Origin: Vicinamibacteria bacterium
GTDB lineage: Bacteria; Acidobacteriota; Vicinamibacteria; Marinacidobacterales; Marinacidobacteraceae
Reading direction: 5' to 3'
NCBI GenBank assembly: GCA_965199715.1
Contig: OZ241322.1
Location: forward strand, 256,001 to 320,000
Length of the DNA stretch: 64,000 bases
Part shown: piece by piece, positions 11,279 to 21,401 of the stretch
How the letters are laid out: every line of letters starts with the position of its first letter
Numbering within the stretch: position 1 is the stretch's first letter
Program-made: the position numbers and the translations under genes
The notes under the pieces: model-generated
The model's input: only the letters and a program-made list of their open reading frames with translations
Database searches by the model: none
What the model was told of the DNA's origin: nothing

Positions 11279-12421
11279 TTGCGGCCCCCGGACGCGGCGC
11301 TGGCCGCGCTTCGCCGCGGCGACCGGCGGACGCTGGCGCGGCTGCTGACCCGCGTCGAGAGCGGGGATCCGGACGCGCGGGCGGCGGCGTTCGCCGAGCC
11401 GTGGCCGGAGGACTGTCGGGTCGTGGCCGCGACCGGACCGCCCGGAGTGGGCAAGAGCGCGCTTCTCGCCGCGGCGGCGGAGCGCTGGCTCGCCGACGGG
11501 GTGAAGACGGCGGTCCTCGCCGTGGATCCCACCAGTCCGGCGACCGGGGGCGCGGTGCTCGGCGACCGGACGCGCCTCGCGAGCGACGAAGGCGCCGTCT
11601 TCTGGAGGAGCATGGCGGCGCGGGACGCGGACGCCGGGCTCGCTCCCCAAGTCGAGCCGGCGTTGCGGCTGATGGCCGCCGCCGGATTTCGCCGGGTGCT
11701 GCTGGAGACGGCGGGAGTGGGGCAGGGGGACGTGCGCGCCGCCGGTCTCGCCGACCTGACGCTCGCGGTCACGGCCCCGGGCCTCGGGGATTCGGTGCAG
11801 GCGGCGAAGGCCGGGCTCTTCGAGATCGCGGAGCTCGTGGTCGTGAACCAGGGCGACCGCCCGGGCGCGGAAGCGCACGCCGCAAGCTGGCGCAGCATGC
11901 GCTCGGGGCCCGTGCTCGTCACGACGGCGACGACCGGGGCGGGGGTCCGGGAGCTGGTGGCCGAGGCGGAGCGGGCGCTTGCGGCAAGGCCCGGGAAACC
12001 CCGCGTCGGACGGCCGATCGCGCTCCGGCTCCACCACGTGGGGATCGCGACCCCGGATTCGAGCGAGGGGGCGGCGCTCTGGGAGTCGCTATTGGGTCTC
12101 GAGGAGCGCGAGTTCCACGAGGTGCCCGAATTTTCGGTCGTCGCCCGTTTCGTCGCGCCGGACGGCGGCGGCGCGCAACTGGAGCTGGTCGAGCCGACGG
12201 ACCCGGAGTCGCCGGTGCGCCGCTTCCTCGAGCGGCGCGGGGCCGGGCTCCATCACGTCTGCTTCGAGGTGGCGGACATCGAGCGGACGATGGCGGCGCT
12301 CAGGGAACGGGGGGCGCGGTTCCTCGACGAGCGCCCCCGTCCGGGAGCGGGCGGGCGTCTCGTGGCCTTCGTCCACCCGAAGAGCGCGGGCGGCGCGCTG
12401 CTGGAGCTCAGGCAGGCGTAG
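11279..12421 (+). CDS. Fusion of MeaB/ArgK-like GTPase and methylmalonyl-CoA epimerase
   Basis: N-part has GPPGVGKS, AVDPTSP..GGAVLGDRTR, ETAGVGQ and GDSVQAAKAG. C-part has LHHVGIA, LELVEP, GLHHVCFEV and FVHPKSAGGALLEL. Confidence 0.88.
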   Translation: MRPPDAALAALRRGDRRTLARLLTRVESGDPDARAAAFAEPWPEDCRVVAATGPPGVGKSALLAAAAERWLADGVKTAVLAVDPTSPATGGAVLGDRTRLASDEGAVFWRSMAARDADAGLAPQVEPALRLMAAAGFRRVLLETAGVGQGDVRAAGLADLTLAVTAPGLGDSVQAAKAGLFEIAELVVVNQGDRPGAEAHAASWRSMRSGPVLVTTATTGAGVRELVAEAERALAARPGKPRVGRPIALRLHHVGIATPDSSEGAALWESLLGLEEREFHEVPEFSVVARFVAPDGGGAQLELVEPTDPESPVRRFLERRGAGLHHVCFEVADIERTMAALRERGARFLDERPRPGAGGRLVAFVHPKSAGGALLELRQA

Positions 12422-12429
12422 CGGCGGCC

Positions 12430-12505
12430 TGGTGGGCGATGCAGGACTTGAACCTGCGACTTCTACCGTGTGAAGGTAGCACTCTGGCCACTGAGTTAAT
12501 CGCCC
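12430..12505 (-). tRNA. tRNA-Val(CAC)
   Basis: GGGCGAT acceptor stem, anticodon arm CTACC-TTCACAC-GGTAG, T-loop GGTTCAAGTCC, encoded CCA. Confidence 0.96.
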
Positions 12506-12612
12506 CCGCGAGACCGACCGGAAACTAGCACAGGATGCTGAATTCCGCGCGCTCATCCCGGCGTTCGCCTGCCTCCGATCTTCGCCCGCGGCGAGATGCC
12601 GCGCCGCGCCGG

Positions 12613-14028
<1,416 letters not shown>

Positions 14029-14039
14029 GCCGCCCCCGA

Positions 14040-14723
14040 TCAGGTCGCCGGCGTCGCCAGCACCGTGAGGATGATCTTCAGGCCCGCCATGAACGAGCCG
14101 CCGAAGGTGCCCGAGATCTTGGACCGACCCACGCGCCGCCGCGAGGTCACCGGCACCTCCACCACGGGAAGGCCGGCGAGCGCGGCGCGGATCTGCATTT
14201 CGGCGGTCCAGCCGAAATCCGGGTCGCGCATTCCGAGCGCCTCGAAGGCCCGCCAGCGGATGGCGCGGAAGGGACCGAGGTCGGTGAACCGGTAGCCGGC
14301 GCGCAGCCGGATGAGGAACGTGGCCAGCCGGTTGCCGAGCCGCGCGTGCGCCGGGTGCGCCCGCTCGTCCATGTCGCCCCGGCTGCGGGAGCCGATGACC
14401 AGGTCCGCTTCGCCCGAGCGCAGCGGGGCGAGCACCGCCGGAAGCTCCTCGGGGGCGTCGCTCGCGTCGGCGTCGAGGAAGAGCAGCGCGTCGGGCGGAT
14501 CGGGCCGAAGCGCCGCCACGCCGGCGAGGCAGGCGCGGCCGTAGCCGGGCCGCGGCTCGCTGACCACGATGGCCCCGAGCCGGCGCGCCACGTCGGCGGT
14601 GCCGTCGGCGGAGCCGTTATCGACGACGACGATCCGGTCCAGAAACTCGCGGGGCAGGGCGGTGAGCACGTGGGCCACGCCGATCTCCTCGTTCCGGGCC
14701 GGGATCACGAGGGCCGTCCGCAT
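14040..14723 (-). CDS. Glycosyltransferase family 2 (DPM-like)
   Basis: VIPARNEE, VVDNGSADGT, GYGRAC, FLDAD and TDLGPFRAI. Confidence 0.9.
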   Translation of the reverse strand: MRTALVIPARNEEIGVAHVLTALPREFLDRIVVVDNGSADGTADVARRLGAIVVSEPRPGYGRACLAGVAALRPDPPDALLFLDADASDAPEELPAVLAPLRSGEADLVIGSRSRGDMDERAHPAHARLGNRLATFLIRLRAGYRFTDLGPFRAIRWRAFEALGMRDPDFGWTAEMQIRAALAGLPVVEVPVTSRRRVGRSKISGTFGGSFMAGLKIILTVLATPAT

Positions 14724-14774
14724 CGACGGCAGGGAGTATAGGGAGGCCCGCCCCCGTTCCCTTAGGATTCGTGC
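14724..14774. promoter_or_regulatory. Bidirectional promoter with two -10 boxes
   Basis: Minus TATACT at 14735-14740; plus TAGGAT at 14763-14768, 6 nt before GTG. Confidence 0.55.
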
Positions 14775-16373
14775 GTGCGATGGCTGCCCGGCGCGCTCCT
14801 GATCGCCGGATTCGCGTGCGCGGCCCCGCCGGCCGAGGAGCCCGCGACGCTCGTGAAGGGCGGGCGGGTGCTCGACGGGAGCGGCAACCCCTGGTTTCGG
14901 GCTGACGTCCTCACGGTCGGCGACCGGATCGTCCGGGTCGGGATCGTGCCTGAGGACGAGGTTCCCGCGGGGGCCGAGATCGTGGACGCGACCGGGCTGA
15001 CCGTCATGCCGGGGTTCATCGACCCGCACTCGCACGCCGTCGGCGGACTCCTGACCGAGGAGCTGAGGGGCGCCGAGCCGATCCTGCGGCAGGGGATCAC
15101 CACGGTGATGGTGAACCCGGACGGCGGCGGCGATCCCGACCTCCACGGGCTGCGGGCGGCGCTCGAGGCCGGCGGAACCGGAGTCCACGTCGCGCTCATG
15201 ATCGGCCACGGGTCGGTCCGGCGCGAGGTCATGGGGATGGAGGCGCGTCCTCCGGACGAGTCCGAGATGGAGCGCATGGCGGAGCTCGTCCGGGCCGGCA
15301 TGGACGCGGGCGCCTTCGGGATGTCGGCCGGGCTCTACTACGCGCCGGGGAGCTACGCCGAGAACGACGAGGTGGTCCGGCTGGCCGCCGAAATCGCGCC
15401 GTTCGGGGCGTTCTCGAGCCATGTCCGGGACGAGAGCGACTACAACGTCGGCCTCGTCGCGGCGGTGGAGGAGGTCATCGAGGTCGCCGAGATCAACGGG
15501 ATCCGCGGCGTGGTGACCCACTTCAAGGCGCTCGGGCCCACCGTGTGGGGCCAGAGCGAGGCCGCGATCGCGCGGATCGAGGAGGCCCGGGCGCGGGGCG
15601 TCGAGGCGTTCGCCGACCAGTACCCCTACGAGGCGTCGGGGACGAGCGTCACCGGGGCGCTCGTCCCGCGCTGGGCGCAGGCGGGCGAGACCATGCCCGG
15701 CATGCCCTCGCCGCTCGAACGGCGGCTGCGGGGGCCCGAGCGACAGCGGCTGCGCGCCGACATGCTGGTTGCGCTGGAGCGCCGGGGCGGGGCCGACACG
15801 CTGCTCCTCTCCCAGCACCGGGCGGATCCGGCGCTCGAGGGCCGATACCTCGACGACCTCGCCGGGGAATGGGGGATCGAGCCCATCGACGCGGCGCTGC
15901 GCCTCCTCGAAAACGGCGGCGCCGGCCTCGTCTCGTTCAACATGTCGGAGGACGACATCGCCCGCATCATGCGCCGGGAGTGGACCATGGGCTCGTCGGA
16001 CGGCGGCCTCGTCCCCATGGGCGAGGGCCATCCCCACCCACGCTTCTACGGCGCCTTCCCCCGGCGGATCGCCCGATACGTCCGCGACCGGAACGTCCAG
16101 AGCCTCGCCGCGGCGGTCCGGGGGATGACGAGCCTTCCCGCGACGGTGTTCCGGATGCGCGACCGGGGTCTCGTGGCGCCGGGGAAGATCGCGGACCTGA
16201 TCGTCGTGGACGCGGAACGGTTCGCCGATCGCGCGACCTACGAGGACCCCCACCGGCTCGCCGAGGGCGTGGAGTACGCGCTCGTCGGCGGCGCGTTCGC
16301 CATCCGGGACGGGGAGATGACCGGGGCGCTGGCCGGCGAGGTTCTTCGGCCCCACTGGAACGAAAGCCCATGA
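14775..16373 (+). CDS. N-acyl-D-amino-acid deacylase family lipoprotein
   Basis: Lipobox-like IAGFAC; PGFIDPHSH, GLYYAPG, SHVRDE, DQYPY and HPRFYGAFPR. Confidence 0.9.
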   Translation: MRWLPGALLIAGFACAAPPAEEPATLVKGGRVLDGSGNPWFRADVLTVGDRIVRVGIVPEDEVPAGAEIVDATGLTVMPGFIDPHSHAVGGLLTEELRGAEPILRQGITTVMVNPDGGGDPDLHGLRAALEAGGTGVHVALMIGHGSVRREVMGMEARPPDESEMERMAELVRAGMDAGAFGMSAGLYYAPGSYAENDEVVRLAAEIAPFGAFSSHVRDESDYNVGLVAAVEEVIEVAEINGIRGVVTHFKALGPTVWGQSEAAIARIEEARARGVEAFADQYPYEASGTSVTGALVPRWAQAGETMPGMPSPLERRLRGPERQRLRADMLVALERRGGADTLLLSQHRADPALEGRYLDDLAGEWGIEPIDAALRLLENGGAGLVSFNMSEDDIARIMRREWTMGSSDGGLVPMGEGHPHPRFYGAFPRRIARYVRDRNVQSLAAAVRGMTSLPATVFRMRDRGLVAPGKIADLIVVDAERFADRATYEDPHRLAEGVEYALVGGAFAIRDGEMTGALAGEVLRPHWNESP

Positions 16374-17752
16374 CCGCATCCCCGCAGATCGCCCCCTCCA
16401 TCCTCGAGACCGTCGGCGACACGCCGATCGTCGCGCTGCGGCGCATCGGGGCCGGACTGCCCGGCCGGCTCGTGGCCAAGATGGAGTCCTTCAACCCGGG
16501 CGGCTCGGTGAAGGACCGCATCGCGATCACGATCATCGAGGATCTGGAGCGATCGGGGACGTTGCAGCCGGGCGGCGTCATCGTGGAGGGGACGTCCGGG
16601 AACACCGGGATGGGCCTCGCGCTCGTCGCGGCCGTCAAGGGGTACCGGGCGATCCTCGTGATGCCCGACAAGATGAGCGACGAGAAGATCCGGGCGCTGC
16701 GGGCCATGGGGGCCGAGGTCGTCATCACCCCGACGGCGGTGGAGCCCGAGGACCCGCGCAGCTACTACAGCGTCGCCCGCCGCCTCGTGCAGGAGACCGA
16801 CGGGGCGGTCCACGCGAACCAGTACCACAACCCGGTGAACCCCGAGACGCACTACCGGAGCACCGGGCCGGAGCTGTGGGGCCAGCTCGGCGAGAGCCTC
16901 CACACCTTCGTCTGCGGCCTCGGAACCGGGGGGACGATCTCGGGCGTCGGGCGCTTCCTGAAGGAGCGCAACCCGGCGGTGCGGATCGTCGGCGCGGATC
17001 CCATCGGCTCGCTCTACGACGAGTACTTCCGCACCGGCAAGCTGGGCGAGGCCCGCACGTACAAGGTCGAGGGGATCGGCGAGGACTTCATCCCGTCCAC
17101 CATCGACTTCGGCGTGGTGGACGAGGTGATCCAGGTCTCCGACCGCGAGTCCTTCCACATGGCCCGGCGGATGGCGCGGGAGGAGGGGCTCTTCGTCGGC
17201 GGCTCCGCCGGGTCGGCCATGGTGGCGGCGGCGCGGGCGGCCGAACGGGTTCCCGAAGGGGCGCTCGTGGCGGTGCTCATCCCCGACTCGGGCAACCGCT
17301 ACCTGTCCAAGGTGTTCAGCGACGACTGGATGCGACAGAACGGCTTCCTCGGCCACGCCTTCGGGACGGGGTCGGTCGCCGACGTGCTCGCCGCGAAGGG
17401 CGGCGCGGAGATCGTGAGCGTTCCCCGGGGCGCCGGGCTGCGCGAGGTCGTGGAGCTCATGCGCCGGCACGACGTGTCCCAGCTTCCGGTCACCGACGGG
17501 GACGCCTTCGTCGGGGTGGTCAGCGAGGCGAGCCTGCTCGGCGGGCTGCTCCAGGGCGGGCAGGGGGAGGACTCGATCGCCGGGTTCGTGCGCGAGGACG
17601 CGATCGAGACGGTGGACGCCGCGCTGCCGATCGACGACCTGGCGAACGTGCTCGCCGCGGGGCGGATCGGCGTGGTGACCGACGGGAGCCGGGCGCTCGG
17701 CCTGCTGACCTCGATCGACCTGCTGGACTACCTCTCGCGCGACGCCGCCTGA
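16370..17752 (+). CDS. cbs: Cystathionine beta-synthase with C-terminal CBS pair
   Basis: NPGGSVKDRI (PLP Lys), TSGNTG, GLGTGGT, YKVEGIG, PDSGNRYLSK and a C-terminal CBS domain (VSQLPV). Confidence 0.9.
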   Translation: MTASPQIAPSILETVGDTPIVALRRIGAGLPGRLVAKMESFNPGGSVKDRIAITIIEDLERSGTLQPGGVIVEGTSGNTGMGLALVAAVKGYRAILVMPDKMSDEKIRALRAMGAEVVITPTAVEPEDPRSYYSVARRLVQETDGAVHANQYHNPVNPETHYRSTGPELWGQLGESLHTFVCGLGTGGTISGVGRFLKERNPAVRIVGADPIGSLYDEYFRTGKLGEARTYKVEGIGEDFIPSTIDFGVVDEVIQVSDRESFHMARRMAREEGLFVGGSAGSAMVAAARAAERVPEGALVAVLIPDSGNRYLSKVFSDDWMRQNGFLGHAFGTGSVADVLAAKGGAEIVSVPRGAGLREVVELMRRHDVSQLPVTDGDAFVGVVSEASLLGGLLQGGQGEDSIAGFVREDAIETVDAALPIDDLANVLAAGRIGVVTDGSRALGLLTSIDLLDYLSRDAA

Positions 17753-17753
17753 G

Positions 17754-19352
17754 TCACATCCGCCGCCAGCGCGGGCCGCTCCCGCCGGCGCGCGGCGTCC
17801 AGCGCGGGCCGAGCACGTCGGCGGCGCGGCAGTCCACGCAGTTGGACGGGTGGACCTCCAGCTTCCCGTTGCGGACGTCATAGACCCCGGCGGGGCACAT
17901 CTCGCGCCAGAGGCCGGCGACGGCCTCGGGAACGTTGTCCGGGACGACGAGGTGCCGCGGGGCGTCTTCGGGCGAGTTGTTGCCGCTTCGGAACACCCCG
18001 TCCATCTTGGAGAGGCCCGCCGGCTCGGCCGCCGCGGCGGGCGGTTCCCTCAAGACGGCGGCGTCGCGCGGCATGGTCAGCGAGCCTGGGGGCAGGCGGC
18101 CGCCGGTCAGGGTCGCGAGCGCGGAGACGGCGACCCCCGGAAGGAATCCCCGGGCGAACGCCGGACGCATGTTCCGGGTGCGGTCCAGATCGCTCTGGAT
18201 GGGGCTGTCCCGGACCATCGCGTCGTACATCGACAGCGGCACGTCCGCGGTCAGGAACGAACGGATCGCGTCGGCGGCGAGGATCCCCGAGAGCATCGCG
18301 TAGTGGACGCCCTTGAGCGAGGGGACGTCCACGAAGCCCGCAGCGTCGCCGACGAACAGGACCCCCGGCCCCGAAAGGCGCTCGGGGACGGCGGCGGGGC
18401 CGCCCTCGGGGATGATCTTCGCGCCCCACTCGAGGCATTCGCCGCCTTCGAGATGCGGCCGTACGAACGGATGCTCCTTGAGCCGCTGCAGGAGGCGATG
18501 CGCGTTCAGGGCTTCCGCCGGGGCGTCCAGCCCGACGACGAGGCCGATGGCGGACAGGTCCTCCCCCATGGGGTAGAGGAAGCTGCCCCCGAAGGCCGAG
18601 CGCGGCAGCGGGAACCCCGCCGCATGCGTCACGGTCGGCACCGGGTTCGGCGAACGCCACAGCTCCTTCACCCCGAGCGAGAACGCCTCGGCCCCGGTGG
18701 AACTCACCCCGTTCCGCTCCCGCGCCGCCTGGCCGAGGGGCCCCCGGGCGCCCTCCGCGAGCACCACCACGCGGGCGGCGATCTCGGCGGGCGGCTCCCA
18801 CGCCGGGCCCGGGGTTCCGTCGCGCCTCAGCCCGGCGGGGACGGTGCGCAGCCCGGCGACGCGCTCCCCTTCCATGAAGAGCTGGCCGACGGCGAACCCG
18901 GGGAAGAGCTCGACCCCCAGCTCCCCGGCCTTGCCGGCGAGCCAGCGGACCATTTCGCCGAGCGAACCGACGCGCGCGCCGTGGTTCTTCATCGTGGGCG
19001 GCGGCGGCAACGGGATCGCGCGGCGGCGGGTGAGGAAGCGGAACCGCTCGCTTCGGACCTCGCCCCGGAACGGCAGCTCCTCGTCGGGAACGTCGGGGAA
19101 GAGCTGGCGGAACCCCACCGGGTTCACGACCGCCCCGGACAGCGAATGGCCCCCGAACTCGGCGGCCTTCTCGAACACGCCGATCGAGACTCCGTCGGCG
19201 ATCTGGGCCAGACGGATCGCCGCCGAGAGCCCGGCGGGGCCGCCGCCCACGATCGCGACGTCCAGGGGGATCGCGTCCGGTCCCGGCGGTCCTTCCGCCA
19301 GCAGGCGCTCCCGGGGCAGGGGCGGCTGGAAGCGGTCGAGGCGGACGCTCAT
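17754..19352 (-). CDS. Electron transfer flavoprotein:quinone oxidoreductase
   Basis: IVGGGPAGL, HSLSGAV, GVKELW, GAKIIPEGG, KGVHYAM, and C-terminal CPAGVY...NCVDC...GGSGP. Confidence 0.92.
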   Translation of the reverse strand: MSVRLDRFQPPLPRERLLAEGPPGPDAIPLDVAIVGGGPAGLSAAIRLAQIADGVSIGVFEKAAEFGGHSLSGAVVNPVGFRQLFPDVPDEELPFRGEVRSERFRFLTRRRAIPLPPPPTMKNHGARVGSLGEMVRWLAGKAGELGVELFPGFAVGQLFMEGERVAGLRTVPAGLRRDGTPGPAWEPPAEIAARVVVLAEGARGPLGQAARERNGVSSTGAEAFSLGVKELWRSPNPVPTVTHAAGFPLPRSAFGGSFLYPMGEDLSAIGLVVGLDAPAEALNAHRLLQRLKEHPFVRPHLEGGECLEWGAKIIPEGGPAAVPERLSGPGVLFVGDAAGFVDVPSLKGVHYAMLSGILAADAIRSFLTADVPLSMYDAMVRDSPIQSDLDRTRNMRPAFARGFLPGVAVSALATLTGGRLPPGSLTMPRDAAVLREPPAAAAEPAGLSKMDGVFRSGNNSPEDAPRHLVVPDNVPEAVAGLWREMCPAGVYDVRNGKLEVHPSNCVDCRAADVLGPRWTPRAGGSGPRWRRM

Positions 19353-21361
19353 CCGCCGAAGCGGGCCGGATCCCATTCGAGGCCCAGTTCGGCCGGCGGG
19401 CCGATGTACCCGAGCAGCGCCGAGGCCGCGACGACCGCGGGGCTCGCGAGCCAGCCCTCGCCGCCCCGGCCCATGCGGTCCTTCCAGTTGCGGTTGAAGG
19501 ACGTGATCGCCCGCATCCCCGGCTGGAGCGCGTCCTCGCCCTGGCCGAAGCAGGGGCCGCACCACGAGGCGCGAATGGTGCCGCCCACCGACCGGAACGC
19601 CGACGCGATGGACTCGCCGTCGAGCCGGGCGTCGGGGGACTCGATGCGGCGCCGGACGCCTCCCGAGCCGGGAAAGACGACGAACTTCCCGATCGCCTCG
19701 TCGCGCCCCAGGTCGCGGGCGGCCCGGACGACCTGCGCCGCGACCAGCAGGTCGTCGTAGCTGCCGTTGGTGCACGAGCCGATGTACGCGCAGTCGAACG
19801 GGATGCGTTCGGCGGCGACCTCTTCCGCCGGCGCGGCGTTGCCGGGCGCCCACGGGCGGGCGACCAACGGGCGGACGTTCTCCAGCGAGAATTCCTCCTC
19901 GACCGCGAACCGGGCGCCGGAGCCGGCGGCGGGCGGAGTCCAGGGGAACTCGGAGACGCCGTGCTCGGCGTACCACGCGCGGGTCCGTTCGTCGAAAGGG
20001 AAGATCCCGCTGAGCGCCTCGGCCTCGGCCATCATGTTGCAGATCGTGTTGCGCCAGGTCACCGGGAGGACGCCGCCCGGGTCGGCGAACTCCACCGACA
20101 TCCCCCGCGCGCCGCCGTTCCACCCGGCGATGAGCCGCAGGACCACGTCCTTGCCTGACGACCAGGGCGGGGGAGCACCGGTGAGCACCACGCGCCGGCC
20201 CGGCCCCGGCGTGAGCAGCACGCTCCCGGTGGCCCAGCCGAACCCGAGCGCGGTGGAGCCGATCCCGACCCCGAACGCCCCGTAGGCGCCGTACGCCCGG
20301 CTGTGGCTGTCGGCGCCGGCGATGACCGCGCCCGGCATGACGAGCCCCTGCTCGGGAAAGTAGAAGTGGAAGATGCCGTCGCCCGGGTTCGCGAACCACG
20401 GGTGCTCGAGCCCTTCGGCGCGGGCGAAGTCCTCGCTGATGGCGGTCTGCCGCTTGTCCGCCTTCCGCCCGGTGAACACGAAGTGGTCCGCCGCGATCGC
20501 CGCCCGCCGGGGGTGGATCGCGCCCCCGGTGATCTCCCGGAAGGCGTGGATCGCGAAGGGGGCGGTGCCGTCCGACGCCGGGAGCAGGTCGGCGTGGACG
20601 AGGACCGTCTCGCCGGGGCGGATCGAGGCCTTCGGGTCCACCCGGTGCGCCGCGAGGATCTGCTCGGTCACGCTCATCCGCCGGGCGAGCGGCGGGGCCG
20701 GCCACGCGACCTCGGCGCTCCGGTCCAGCGACGCGAGGAACTCGCGGCGGCCGACCCGAAAGACGCCGCCGTCGCGCCGCAGGGCCTCCTCCCGCTCGGT
20801 GAGCGGCTTCGGCCAGTAGTCGCGCCCGAGCGTCTCGTTGGTCAGCCCCCGCGTCCTCGGGTCGAAGCGGAAGCGATGGCCGTCCTCGGCGTCGGCGACC
20901 GCTTCGGGGCATTCCAGCACGTCCAGCCCGAGGTTCACGGCGTTGCGCGCGAAGATGGCTCCCGGATCCCTCCCGACCACCACGACGAGCGTCGTGCCTG
21001 CGTCCCGCGCGATCCCGAGCAGCCCGGCCGGGCTCATCTCGCGCGACGAGCCGACGCCGAAGCGGTCTCCGGCGATCAGGAAGTTCTGGCCATTCGCCAC
21101 CCGATCGGCGAAATCGGGCATGAGGTGGCGGAACGCTCCCTCCTTCCAGCGCCGGTCGAGGTCGTCGAGACTCTCGGAGACGCACCACGCGGACGGCGTG
21201 ATCTGGTCGGTGTCGATCGCGTCCTGCTTGCGCTCGGGGTCGGCGGGGTCCCAGAAGATGAGCGCCTCGCCCCGGACCGGATCCGATCGCCCGTGCGCCG
21301 GACGTCCCGGCGGCGGAGGCAGGGGAACGTCCGCCTTGCGCCGGACCGGAGGGATGGGCAA
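19349..21361 (-). CDS. Aconitase-family hydratase: LeuD-like swivel domain fused N-terminally to a LeuC-like [4Fe-4S] domain
   Basis: IDTDQITP and FGVGSSRE (small subunit), then DSHS, IGSCTNG, CGPCFG, NRNW and LASP (large subunit). TTG start inferred from a -10 box 7 nt upstream. Confidence 0.85.
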   Translation of the reverse strand: MPIPPVRRKADVPLPPPPGRPAHGRSDPVRGEALIFWDPADPERKQDAIDTDQITPSAWCVSESLDDLDRRWKEGAFRHLMPDFADRVANGQNFLIAGDRFGVGSSREMSPAGLLGIARDAGTTLVVVVGRDPGAIFARNAVNLGLDVLECPEAVADAEDGHRFRFDPRTRGLTNETLGRDYWPKPLTEREEALRRDGGVFRVGRREFLASLDRSAEVAWPAPPLARRMSVTEQILAAHRVDPKASIRPGETVLVHADLLPASDGTAPFAIHAFREITGGAIHPRRAAIAADHFVFTGRKADKRQTAISEDFARAEGLEHPWFANPGDGIFHFYFPEQGLVMPGAVIAGADSHSRAYGAYGAFGVGIGSTALGFGWATGSVLLTPGPGRRVVLTGAPPPWSSGKDVVLRLIAGWNGGARGMSVEFADPGGVLPVTWRNTICNMMAEAEALSGIFPFDERTRAWYAEHGVSEFPWTPPAAGSGARFAVEEEFSLENVRPLVARPWAPGNAAPAEEVAAERIPFDCAYIGSCTNGSYDDLLVAAQVVRAARDLGRDEAIGKFVVFPGSGGVRRRIESPDARLDGESIASAFRSVGGTIRASWCGPCFGQGEDALQPGMRAITSFNRNWKDRMGRGGEGWLASPAVVAASALLGYIGPPAELGLEWDPARFGG

Positions 21362-21401
21362 CCGCCCGAGTATAAGGATCGGCCCCCATAGAATTCCGAC
21401 C
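21362..21401. promoter_or_regulatory. 40-bp bidirectional promoter with two -10 boxes
   Basis: Minus-strand TATACT (21369-21374) lies 7 nt before TTG 21361; plus-strand TAGAAT (21389-21394) lies 7 nt before GTG 21402. Confidence 0.6.
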
